64,000 nucleotides of DNA, taken from an uncultured delta proteobacterium (GTDB taxonomy: Bacteria; Desulfobacterota; WTBG01; CAIYCZ01). The stretch's first letter is position 1, and every line of letters starts with the position of its first letter. The notes under the pieces are model-generated. The model ran no database searches. It was not told the origin of the DNA and saw only the letters and a program-made list of their open reading frames with translations. Position numbers and translations under genes: made by a program. Positions 21,889 through 33,101 of this stretch are shown here, piece by piece. The stretch is from positions 128,001 through 192,000 of the forward strand of contig CAWDOY010000003.1 in NCBI GenBank assembly GCA_963803975.1, read 5' to 3'.

Positions 21889-22484
21889 ATGAAAGATAAA
21901 CTATCCAGATATGAGCCAGAAGATATTGAAAGAAGAATTTATACTATTCGCGGTCAAAGAGTGATTATGGATTGCGATCTTGCAACATTATACGTCATTC
22001 CGACCTTTAGATTTATGAAGCGGTAAAGCGCAACCAAAAACGTTTCCCTGATGATTTTATGTTTCAATTAACTGCTCCGGAATATGCAGTTTTGACATCG
22101 CAAATTGCGATGTCAAAACCTGGCAGGGGAGGACGAAGAACCCTTCCGTATGTCTTTACCGAACATGGTGCCATCATGGCGGCGAATGTGCTCAATAGCC
22201 CGAAAGCAATAGAGATGAGTGTTTTTGTCGTCCGTGCATTCATTAAGATGCGTGAAACTCTTGCTAATAATAAAGCACCGGCGTTAGAATTGTCAGAGCT
22301 TGAAAAGAAACTTACCGGGCGGCTTAATGTCCATGAAAGAGCCATTGTGCATGTTTTGGCCGAGATAAGAAAGTTAATGGCTTCAGCAGAGCCGTCACCT
22401 GAACCGACAAAACAAAAAATAGGATTTACGGTAAAGGAGAAGGCGGCAAGATACCAGATAACAAGAAAGAAAACTGTAAACTAA
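21889..22484 (+). CDS. ORF6N domain protein, copy 3 (frameshift near 22015)
   Basis: Manual translation MKDKLSRYEPEDIERRIYTIRGQRVIMD joins ORF 22059..22484; one A is missing relative to copy 1 (tttatgaag vs tttaatgaag). Confidence 0.78.
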
Positions 22485-22509
22485 ACATAAAGATAATAAA
22501 CAGGATTCT

Positions 22510-23970
22510 ATGTTTGAACAAGCCTTCAAAAACATCGACGACGTCCTCTGGAAAGAGGCCGGCTGCACCACCGAGCTGGACTACACCGAGCAGACCTCCT
22601 GGCTGCTGTTCCTGAAATACCTCGACGGGCTGGAGCAGGACAAGGCCGATGGAGGCCGCGCTGGAGGGGAAGAAGTACACCTACATCCTCGACAAGCCCT
22701 ACCGCTGGGAAAGCTGGGCCGCGCCCAAGGGCAAGGACGGCAAGCTCGACCACAACAAGGCCCTGACCGGCGACGACCTGCGCGACTTCGTCAATCAGAA
22801 GCTCTTTCCCTACCTGCACGGCTTCAAGCAGAAGGCCAGCGGGCCGAACACCATCGAATACAAGATCGGGGAGATCTTCGGCGAGATCAAAAACAAGATC
22901 CACAGCGGCTACAACCTGCGCGAGATCATCGACCACATCGACGAACTGCGCTTCCGCTCGCAGACCGAGAAGCACGAGCTCTCGCACCTCTACGAAGCCA
23001 AGATCAAGAACATGGGCAACGCCGGGCGCAACGGCGGCGAGTATTACACCCCGCGCCCGCTCATCCGCGCCATCGTGCAGGTGGTCAAGCCCAAGATCGG
23101 CGAGCGCATCTACGACGGCGCGGTCGGCTCGGCGGGCTTCTTGTGCGAAGCGTTCGACTACCTGAAGAGCCAAGCCCAAGCTGCACCACCGCCAGGACCT
23201 GAAGACGCTGCAGGAGCGCACCTTCTACGGCAAGGAAAAGAAGTCGCTCGCCTACGTCATCGCGATCATGAACATGATCCTGCACGGCATCGAGGCGCCG
23301 AACATCATCCACACCAACACGCTCACCGAGAACCTCGCCGACATTCAGGAGAAGGACCGCTATCGACGTGGTGCTGGCCAATCCGCCCTTCGGCGGCAAG
23401 GAGCGCAAGGAGGTCCAGCAGAACTTCCCCATCCGCACCGGCGAGACCGCCTTCCTGTTCCTCCAGCACTTCATCAAGATGCTCAAGGCCGGCGGGCGCG
23501 GCGGCGTGGTCATCAAGAACACCTTCCTCTCCAACACCGACAACGCCTCGGTGAGCCTGCGCAAGCTGCTGCTGGAAAGCTGCAACCTGCACACCGTGCT
23601 CGACTGCCCCGGCGGCACGTTCCAGGGCGCGGGCGTGAAGACCGTGGTGCTGTTCTTCGAGAAGGGCGCGCCGACCCGCAAGGTCTGGTACTACCAGCTC
23701 GACCCCGGCCGCAACCTGGGCAAGACCAACCCGCTCAACGATGACGACCTCGCCGAGTTCGTCGAACTGCAAAAGACCTTCGCCGACTCGCCCAAGAGCT
23801 GGAGCGTGGACGCCAAGAGCATCGACCAGACGACCTTCGATCTCTCCGTGAAGAACCCCAACGGCGGCGAGGAAGTCACCCACCGCAGCCCGCAGGAGAT
23901 CATGGACGAGATCGCCGCGCTGGATGCCGAGAGTGCGGAGGTGCTGGCGAACATCAGGGCGCTGCTATGA
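22510..23970 (+). CDS. hsdM: Type I restriction-modification methyltransferase subunit (about 3 frameshifts)
   Basis: GEYYTPR, YDGAVGSAGFL, MNMILHG, LANPPFGG and FLQHF, spread over four ORFs. Confidence 0.9.
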
Positions 23971-25216
23971 AGAACGGGTGGCAAACGAAGAACGCTTGGG
24001 CGACGTCTGCGAGTCATCGACTACGGGCAAGCACGCCAGCAAAGACAATCGACCGTTCTGACGGCAATCACTGACGAATGTGATATCTGCGGTCATTACA
24101 GACTGTAACCGATGAAAGTTCGTTGACAGACCGAGACATGTCGATATGGTCAGCGATGCTCGAGCAATTCCAGAAGGGTGACGTTCTGTTTGCGACATCA
24201 CTGAGTCACGTCGGGCAAGGTCGCGCATTGCATACTGACGAGCGAGTTGCTATCGGCACGACGATGCGCATTGTCTGCATCCGACCAATGACGCAAGCTA
24301 TTGACTCGAGATTCTTGCTTTACTATCTGCTTCTATCGACTAGTTCAAGAGCATGTTCGAGCAGCAGATGGAGTCAGGCGCGACCGTCAAGCGTAATCAA
24401 AGTCGAGCTTCAAGAGCATTCAGATTCCCATTCCCCCGCTCCCCGAACAGCAGCGGATCGTCGGCATCCTCGACGAAGCGTTTGACGGCATCGCCACCGC
24501 CAAAGCCAACGCCGAAAAGAACCTCCAAAACGCCCGCGCCCTCTTCGAAAGCCACCTCCAATCCGTCTTCACCCAGCGCGGCGAGGGGTGGGTGGAGAAG
24601 ACGCTTGGAGAATCTGTCGAATGATCAACGGCGACAGCGGAAGCACTATCCGACCGAGAGAATACGTCGAGACGGCATTCCTGTTGTGAACACCGGACAA
24701 ACGTTCGATGCACGATGGTACTTGTCGCAGACGATATATGAGTTACATTCGACCAAGGATGCTACGAATCCACGAAGACGTGCAAATTCAGCAGGCGGCG
24801 ACGTCTGATTGTTGCATCGACGGCGCAACCGCTGGAAGAGCGGCATTGCGATTGTCCGACACCGCAGCGAGCTTACGACATCTGCTTGATCAGCGTCGAT
24901 CTCAGTTACAGCAAGCAGTCGCGACATAGTCGCTTCGCTTTATCTGCTATGCTTCAAGTCCGAGGATCTTTCAGGCAGACATCACGTTGATGACAGTTCT
25001 GGCAGCTGCACAACAGCTCAACTTGAGACTAAAGCTGTTGAGACTCTTCGATGCCATCTCCTGAATCGACCGAACAAGCAAGTCAGTATCTCGAAAGCTC
25101 GATGACCTCGTCAGACCGAAACCCAACGCCTCGAATCCATCTACCAGCAGAAGCTCGCCGCACTGGAGGAGTTGAAAAAATCGCTGCTGCACCAAGCCTT
25201 CAGCGGCCAACTTTAG
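23967..25216 (+). pseudogene. hsdS: Type I specificity subunit; conserved repeats readable, target-recognition domains scrambled
   Basis: IPIPPLPEQQRIVGILDEAFDGIATAKANAEKNLQNARALFESHL (about 24424-24560) and YQQKLAALEELKKSLLHQAFSGQL*; overlaps the hsdM stop (ATGA). Confidence 0.8.
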
Positions 25217-25225
25217 GAATACGCC

Positions 25226-27641
25226 ATGAACGAAGCCGAAACCCGAGCCGAACATATCGACCCTGCGCTGAAAGCGGCGGGCTGGGGCGTGGTTGAAGGC
25301 AGCCGCATCCGGCGCGAGTATCCGATCACGCTGGGCCGCATCGAAGGCCACGGCAAGCGCGGCAAGGCGCTGACCGCCGATTATGTGCTGGAGTACCGCA
25401 ACACCAAGCTGGCGGTGGTCGAGGCCAAGGCGTGGGACAAACCGCTGACCGAAGGCGTGGGGCAGGCCAAGGACTACGCCGGCAAGCTGGCCATCCGCTT
25501 CACCTATGCCACCAACGGCCAGGGCATCTACGGCATCGACATGGAGACCGGCGCCGAGGGCGAACTGGCGCAGTATCCGACGCCGGATGAACTGTGGAAC
25601 CGGACCTTTGCCACGCAGAACGCCTGGCGCGACCGCTTCGCCGCCGTGCCGTTCGAGGACAAGGGCGGCTACTTCCAGGGCCGCTACTATCAGGACATCG
25701 CCATCGAGCGGGTGCTGGAGGCCATCGCCGACGGACAAGCAGCGCATCCTGCTGACGCTGGCCACCGGCACGGGCAAGACCTTCATCGCCTTCCAGATCG
25801 CCTGGAAGCTGTTCCACAGCCGCTGGAACCTGACCGACTGGAAGACGGAGGGCGAACCAACGCGCCGGCCGCGCATCCTGTTCCTGGCCGACCGCAACAT
25901 TCTGGCCGACCAGGCATACAACGCCTTTTCCGCCTTTCCCGAAGACGCCCTGGTGCGCATCGCCCCGGACGACATCACGCAAGAAGGGCAAGGTGCCGAA
26001 GAACGGCAGCATCTTCTTCACCATCTTCCAGACCTTCATGAGCGGGCCGCCCAAGGATGGCCAGCCATCGCCCTATTTCGGCGAGTATCCGCCGGACTTC
26101 TTCGACTTCATCGTCATCGACGAGTGCCACCGCGGCGGCGCCAACGACGAGAGCAACTGGCGCGGCATCCTGGACTACTTCGCCCCTGCCGTGCAGCTCG
26201 GCCTGACCGCCACGCCCAAGCGCAAGGACAACGTGGACACCTACGCCTATTTCGGCGAGCCGGTCTACATCTACTCGCTGAAGGACGGCATCAACGACGG
26301 CTTTCTCACGCCGTTCCGGGTGAAGCAGATTTCCACGACGCTGGACGAGTACGTCTATACGCCCGACGACACGGTGGTCGAGGGCGAGATCGAGGCGGGC
26401 AAGCGGTACGAGGAACCCGACTTCAACAAGATCATCGAGATCAAGGAGCGGGAGAAGAAGCGGGTCGAAATCTTCATGTCGCAGATCGACCAGCGGGAGA
26501 AGACGCTGGTCTTCTGCGCCACCCAGGACCATGCGCTGGCGGTGCGCGACCTCATCAACCAGATGAAGACCAGCACCGACCCGAACTACTGCCAGCGGGT
26601 GACGGCCAACGACGGCGCGCTGGGCGAACAGCACCTGCGGGACTTCCAGGACAACGAGAAGACCATCCCGACCATCCTGACCACCTCGCAGAAGCTCTCG
26701 ACCGGCGTGGATGCCCGCAATATCCGCAACATCGTGCTGATGCGCCCGATCAACTCGATGATCGAGTTCAAGCAGATCATCGGGCGCGGCACACGGCTCT
26801 ACGACGGCAAGGACTACTTCACGATCTACGATTTCGTGAAGGCGCACCATCATTTCAGCGATCCGGAGTGGGATGGCGAGCCGCTTGAGCCGGAAACTGT
26901 CCAAAATGCGGCTGCTATCCCTGCCAATGCGAAAAGCCACCGCCGAAACCTTGTCCGGTCTGCGGCAAGCAGCCTTGCGAATGCGTCGAAAGAACCGTGC
27001 CCGAACTGCGGCAAGCGTCCGTGCGTGTGCAAGAAGAAAGCGAAGGTGAAGCTCGCCGACGGCAAGGAACGCACCATCCAGCACATGATGGTGACGAGCT
27101 TCTGGCACCCCGACGGCACGCCGATGTCGGCGCAGCAGTTCATGGAAGTGCTCTTCGGCAAGCTGCCGGAGTTCTTCAAGGACGAAGAGGAACTGCGCGC
27201 CCTCTGGAGCGCGCCGGATACGCGCAAGAAGCTGCTGGAGGGACTGGCCGAAAAGGGCTTCGGCAAAGATCAACTGGCCGAGATGCAGAAGATCATCGAC
27301 GCCGAGAAGAGCGACCTGTTCGACGTGCTGGCCCATGTGGCCTATGCCCTGCCGCCGCTCACCCGTGAGGAACGGGCCGCAAAGGCCAAGGTCATCATCA
27401 GCACAGCATTTCAACAGCAAGCAGCAGGTCTTCCTCGACTTCGTGCTGTCGCATTACGTGAGCGTCGGCGTGGAGGAACTCGACCAGGACAAAGCTGACA
27501 CCGCTGCTGCGGCTCAAGTATCACGACTCCATTGCCGATGCCGTGGCCGACCTGGGCAAGCCGGAGGAGATTGGCAAGGTGTTCGCCGGCTTCCAGAAGT
27601 ACCTCTATCAGCAGCAAGCGGCAGTAACGCAAGAAAAATAA
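25226..27641 (+). CDS. hsdR: Type I restriction subunit R (EcoAI/EcoEI-like), several frameshifts
   Basis: [12 protein letters not shown]...EAK, QAKDYA, ATGTGKT, DECHRG, GLTATP, STGVD and [10 protein letters not shown]. Confidence 0.9.
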
Positions 27642-27704
27642 GTTAAATACGGGCTAACAAGGCACCGTACACACAGGGCAACAGATACTATTCGTGGAGT
27701 ATAC

Positions 27705-28772
27705 ATGGTGAGTGATAAACTGCTGAAAAAAACAATTTCGGCACAGGGCGAAGTTTTACTCTATCAGACCGAAGACGGCGCAACTCGAATTGAAGTACGA
27801 ATGGAGGGTGAAACCGTCTGGATGACGCAGGGAACCATGGCGGAACTGTATCAGAACCACGCCGCAAAATATCACGCTTCATTTAAAAGCCATTTATGAG
27901 GAGGGCGAACTGGAGGAAGGAGCAACTTGTAAGGAATTCTTACAAGTTCAAAATGAAGGGGCGCGGAAGGTGACCCGGTCACGAAAATTCTACAGTCTGC
28001 CTGCTATTCTTGCAGTCGGCTATCGTGTGCGCTCACACCGGGGAACACAGTTCCGGCAATGGGCAACTGAACGGCTTACTGAATATCTCGTCAAGGGCTT
28101 TAACCTTGATGACGAGCGATTTAAAAGAGCTGGCGGCGGCGGATATTTCGATGAGCTGCTCGCCCGCATCCGCGACATACGCTCATCAGAGAAGGTTTTC
28201 TGGCGCAAGGTGCTTGATATTTACGCCACGAGCATTGACTATGACTCTCCACGGAAATGTCACAGAAATTCTTTGCCACAGTGCAGAACAAAATGCACTG
28301 GGCTGCCCACGGCCACACCGCAGCGGAGGTAATCGCCGCGCGTGTCGATTCTGAAAAACCCAGCATGGGACTCACCAGCTGGACTGGCGCTCATCCCAAC
28401 AAAGATGATGTGAGCATTGCGAAGAACTATCTCGACGAAAAGGAACTCGATGCGCTCAATCGCATTGTGACACTGTATTTGGAATTTGCAGAACTTCAGG
28501 CATTGAACCGTAAACCCATGTATATGGGCGAATGGATCGCCAAGCTCGACGAATTTCTACGAATAAGTGAGCGCGATATTCTTACTCATGCAGGCAAGGT
28601 GAGCCATGAGAACGCTCTACTGAAAGCTGAAACTGAATATCAGAAGTTCGAGCAGAAGCGTCTGGCTGAACCGACACAGGCGGAGAAGGATTTTGAGGAA
28701 GCCGTGAAGAAACTGAGGAAGCTGAAAGCACCCAGCAGGGGAGCAAAAAAGCCAAAAGGAAAGATGTCATGA
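27705..28772 (+). CDS. RhuM-family protein (two frameshifts)
   Basis: LLYQTEDG, AVGYRVRSHRGTQFRQWAT, RIRDIRSSEKVF, FFATVQNKMHWA and AKNYL. Confidence 0.85.
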
Positions 28773-28873
28773 ACCGTTATGTAAATGCAATCGCCGGGCG
28801 ATTAAGTCTGCGGCAGCCACAGCGTCGCTTCTTGAGAATTAAAGGGGCAGAGCCCAAAAGACTGCTTCGGTGA
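28769..28873 (+). pseudogene. 34-codon stub resembling the N-terminus of a type III restriction (Res) helicase
   Basis: MNRYVNAIAGRLSLRQPQRR..., coupled to rhuM by an ATGA overlap, then homology breaks. Confidence 0.55.
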
Positions 28874-28894
28874 AGAATAATATGGAGATAGAAA

Positions 28895-30137
28895 ATGCCT
28901 TTAAAATCCTACGAGCACTGCTGTTCTTCCTGTATTGCTCTTGCTAATCTCGGAAAGATTGAGGGAGTGATACCCATCCTCCATGGACCGCAGGCCTGCG
29001 CCTTCGGCAATCAGATCGGCTCCATGTTCTGCCGGCCATCCCGGTTGCTGACCATTGGCACCACACTTAAAAAGAGTGAAGTTATTTTTGGCGGTGAAGA
29101 TAAGCTCAAAGAACAGATTGTTAATGTCTATAAACAATACAAGCCCAAAATTATCGTGATTATTAACACCTGTGTTCCGCAGCTCATAGGCGAAGATTTA
29201 AAGGGAGTAATCATCGAGCTGAAGGAAGAACTGCCGGAGCTGAAGGTGACCTATTGTGAGACCGGATTCAATCAGCCAAAATCTACCCCACTGGGCAATG
29301 ACGTATCATGGCGGGCGATTATTGACGTGCTGGAGCCCAGGGATATGATCAAGGGCTCAGTGGGAATACTGGGGAGGGCAGGGCAGGATGCGGACAGCAT
29401 GGGCTGTCTTGACGTCTCTGTTGCGGGAAGCGGGTATTACCACGTTTGCTTTTCCTGCCGGGCACCTTGAAGAAATGGAGAAGATTGTCCAGGCTGAGTA
29501 TCTGTTCCCCATTCATTTAGTCCCCTATCTGACCAGCAAACGGATTAATGAACGGTTTGGCTCAAAGACTGTTTATATTGAACTGCCGGTGGGGATTGCC
29601 GGGACTACCAATTTTCTACGCGGAGTTGCCGACCTGACAGGCAGCATTAAACTTAAAGAAATTGCAGACCGTGAAGAAAAAAGATCATTGCCGCGATTAG
29701 AGAAAATAAGGGAGCAATTCAGACAGAAGCCAACAAAGGTTCTGTTAGTATCCGGGCCTGCCAATGAAACATCAATTGGGAAAATACTGGCTGAATTCGG
29801 AGCAGAAGTGATTATTGTGCCATCCATGCGCAATGCCTTTGCCCGCCAGGAGCAGGACATTTTGCAAAAGCGCTATGGCTCCCGCATTATCTTCCATGAA
29901 AATGACTTTAACAAAGTTTCAGACCTTGTAGGTTTATATAAGCCGGATGTTGTGTTTGGTGATTTCCAGGCACGCGTTGAGGTTATACGAAACCTTATCC
30001 CCTGTCTCATCAACGAGAACTATTTGAATGAATACGGCTATGATTATGCCCTGGACTTTGGTGAAAACTTTTTTGAGAACTTGAAGCAGCCATTTTTTAC
30101 CGAGTGGAAGGATATTATGCGTCAATACGCAGGATAG
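28895..30137 (+). CDS. Nitrogenase component-1 family, BchN/BchY-like subunit, pair 1 (frameshift near 29402)
   Basis: HCCSS, LHGPQAC, EVIFGGEDKL and INTCVPQLIGED give a three-Cys cluster pattern (C10/C35/C93); PVGIAGTTNFL in the second ORF. Confidence 0.85.
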
Positions 30138-30207
30138 AATCTGGAACTCAGGAACTCATAAATTACAGCCTAATCAAATTAATCTGGAACTCAGGAACTG
30201 CATAAAT
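30138..30207 (+). repeat. 26-bp direct repeat x2 in the spacer between the N and B genes of pair 1
   Basis: aatctggaactcaggaactcataaat (30138-30163) and aatctggaactcaggaactgcataaat (30181-30207). Confidence 0.75.
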
Positions 30208-30255
30208 ATGATTTTTAAACCCTGTGCACGATCGTAGTTTTGTATTGGAGATAGC

Positions 30256-31987
30256 ATGTCTGCAACTGACAGAAGAGATTTTATTGCTCCAGAAATAAAG
30301 ATGAAGGAGATTCATAAGCCATCTTCTTTTGAAGGCGCTTTATGGGCCGCGCAGGGGATAACAGATGCCCGGGTGATTTATCATGCACCTCCCGGCTGCT
30401 ATCTTATGCAGCACATGAACTCCATCTGCAATGAATGGCATCCTGAGATGTACAGCACGCTCATATCATACGCTGAAGTTATGCAGGGCACCGGGAAAAA
30501 GCTGGAGGAGGTGCTGGAAAAGGTTGTCGCTGAAAAGCCGCAGGCAATTATTATAATAACCTCACCGGTGATTGAGATTACCGGCGATGACGTTCAGGGT
30601 GCAGTCGCGGCTGCAGGATTCGAGAAGACGGTAATAATAAGACCAACCCTGGGCGGCACACTCGCTGATGGAAAGGAAAAGGCATTTATCGCTCTGACCG
30701 GACTGATGAAGACAGACGAAGAGAAGCGGAAAAAGTCCGTCAATTTAATAGGGCCGACCTATAATACGTTCAACTGGCGGGCGGATGTATTTGAACTTAA
30801 AAGAATGCTCTCTGCCATCGGTATCTGCGTCAACGCTGTTTTAACAGCTGACTGCACGGTTGATGAAATTATACATGCACCCCGGGCTGAACTAAATATA
30901 TGCATGTATCCCTATGATTGCGGGATAGAATTTGCCAAGAAAATGCAGGAGCAGTTCAGCATACCGTATATTGCAAGCCATATTCCCCTTGGCTTCCGAG
31001 AATCAGCTGCATGGCTTGATGAAATTGCCCGGTTCTTTCTGATTGATGCAAAGCAGTATATTGCACAGGAAATAAAAAGTGCCCGGGACTTTGTCACAAC
31101 GCTTTTGGTAACCAACACCTTCTTTGAAGCAACGGCTGCCCTCTCAACTGACAACTGTGATACCTACAGCGTCGGGATAAGCAGTTTTCTGAAAAGAGAA
31201 CTCGGCATGGATGTTTGCATGGCGTCGGTAGCAACTGATGAGGCATTGGAAAAAGTGTCCCAGGTTTGCTCTACGGTACTATTAAATCCAAGCATTGATG
31301 AGAAAAAGTCGGTAATGCTGGAGAAATCCCCGACCATTATTCTCGGGAATTACTATGACCTCAAGCTTGCAACTGACCTGGGATTCAAGAACTTCCTGTT
31401 TGCGGATATCCCGCTTATCGGATACATCTTTTCAGAAACTACTCCATTCATGGGCTTCATGGGTGCTAAGCATCTGGTGCAGGCCATGGGCAATGAGATT
31501 TATACCAAGATATTTATTGAGACCAAGGGGGAAATGGAAGGCGCCATATCAGCAGGGGAGGTGCCGTGGGAACTCGATGCGGAGCGGGCGCTGGGAAGGA
31601 TTGCTGAGATGCTCCCTCATTTTATACGTTCAATCGCGCTGAAGAAAATTCATCAAGTGGCAGATGAGACAGCCGTGCAAAAAAAATCTTCGGTCACGCT
31701 GGGGATCCTGCAGGAGGTCGCCACAAAATATACCCCGACGAGGTTTAAGTCAAAATATGCCACCATCTTTACGGATATAAAAGATACCCCGCTTGTTCCA
31801 GATGGCGCTGAGCAGACCGTGTTTCAGATGGAGTGGGATCAGGGCTGCTAAAGAGATGCTTGAGATGGTGCCCGATGAGTTCGTGGCAAAGGCGGTGAGG
31901 GAAACAGAAGGCTATGCCCGCGAGAACAATTATGGTCAAATAACTACAGCGGTTGTCGAGGAATACCGGAAGAAGCTCGGCTTTTGA
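30256..31987 (+). CDS. Nitrogenase component-1 family, BchB/BchZ-like subunit with two C-terminal PCP_red-like domains, pair 1 (frameshift near 31843)
   Basis: HAPPGCY, EITGDD, VNLIGPT..FNWRADVFELKRML, PLGF and PFMGFMGA; WELDAERAL...PHFIR and MEWD..AKEMLEMVP...ETEGYARENNYGQIT. Confidence 0.85.
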
Positions 31988-32000
31988 TTAATTGAAATAA

Positions 32001-32874
32001 CTATTCTTCGTCAAACCGCTTATCCCTCAGACTGTCTACAAACTGCGGGGTAATGACAGAAATTCCCTTTTCTTTTGCTGCATCAACAACCACTTCTATC
32101 ATTCCATTCAAAAAGATAGCGGGCACTTTCAAAAGCCGTGCGCAGGCATCTTCCTGCCATGTGATGTTCGGGTCAAATCGGGAACAGGCATACTTAACGG
32201 TTGCCATGGTGTTGCCTTTTCCCCGCGGGATCGGGATAGCATAGGGCGGTGAGTGCCTGGCAAACCAGAACCGTACATTATCCCGGTATCCATAATCAAC
32301 GGGCAGGGCAGGGAACCCCTGTCCCTTGAATAAACAATCCCGCCATTTTTTCTGCATGATGATTTTGTCAATGCGCAGCAGAAAGTGGTATTCCATGCGC
32401 TCTTTATTATGCTGCAGCGTAAAACTCTCATCCCAGCTGCACAAAAAGACCTGAACCGCCTCTTTCACAATATCAGGATGCGTCGCGCAAACCTGGCGGT
32501 TGCGCGGCTTGCCATACGGGGTTGCCGGCAGCAGGGTAAAGATGCTTCTTTTCATTTTCTCCTCAGTGGTCTCACCGGGATAACCAAGCATAACGCAGTT
32601 CTTCATATATTTCTTCGTGTCAGGAATATAATTAAGGGAGCAAACTTTCGTGCGTATGATGTTAGCGGCGGTATTGCTGCTGCCGCGTGCGATAAGCATC
32701 ATGGCGTGCTGCTGGTCTCCCGCGATAATATGGGGAAAGCAGAGTGAATACGGTCCCAGGTTGATCATCCCGGACTCTGAATAAGGTGCTCACCAGTATC
32801 ACCGGCATCGGAATAAAACTCGACGTCTGATAAAAGTTATCTACAATTCGTATTTCGGTAAAATCCTGAGACAT
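32001..32874 (-). CDS. Flavin-reductase-like (FMN split-barrel) protein fused to a C-terminal PCP_red-like domain (frameshift near 32775)
   Basis: IPMPVILVST...NLGPYSLC...SNTAANI; C-terminal WQEDACARLLKVPAIFL...AKEKGISVIT. Confidence 0.65.
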
Positions 32875-32937
32875 GCATGAACCTCCATTGGAAAGAGTAA
32901 AATGTTATAATTAACCGCGTTAAACAGATAATATAAG

Positions 32938-32974
32938 AGCCCTTTAATTTCAAGAAAAATGAAATTAAAGGGCT
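32938..32974. promoter_or_regulatory. 15-bp perfect inverted repeat in a divergent promoter region
   Basis: agccctttaatttca-agaaaaa-tgaaattaaagggct. Confidence 0.5.
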
Positions 32975-33011
32975 GATAAATATATCTTGACTCGAAAGTT
33001 GCTTGTGATAA

Positions 33012-33025
33012 TAGTTTGGAAACTA
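33012..33025. promoter_or_regulatory. Candidate MarR operator palindrome
   Basis: TAGTTT-GG-AAACTA, downstream of TTGACT (32987) and upstream of marR. Confidence 0.45.
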
Positions 33026-33101
33026 AATATAAGGTATCAAATTAAACAGCATGTGGCAACATAATTATTACAGCTGATAATCGGCTGACCATTTACCGGA
33101 T

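Noticed and set aside
18686..22187. Diversity-generating retroelement template/variable repeat pair
   Set aside because: Mismatches between the two copies are not confined to adenines, and no reverse transcriptase is present
22526..27420. Long antisense and alternate-frame ORFs (for example 25975..27420 minus, 25506..26888 plus)
   Set aside because: Shadow ORFs caused by high GC3 in hsdM/hsdR; only the 25740-25980 part of the plus-strand ORF is real HsdR sequence
30138..30207. CRISPR array
   Set aside because: Only two repeat copies, a 17-bp spacer and no cas genes
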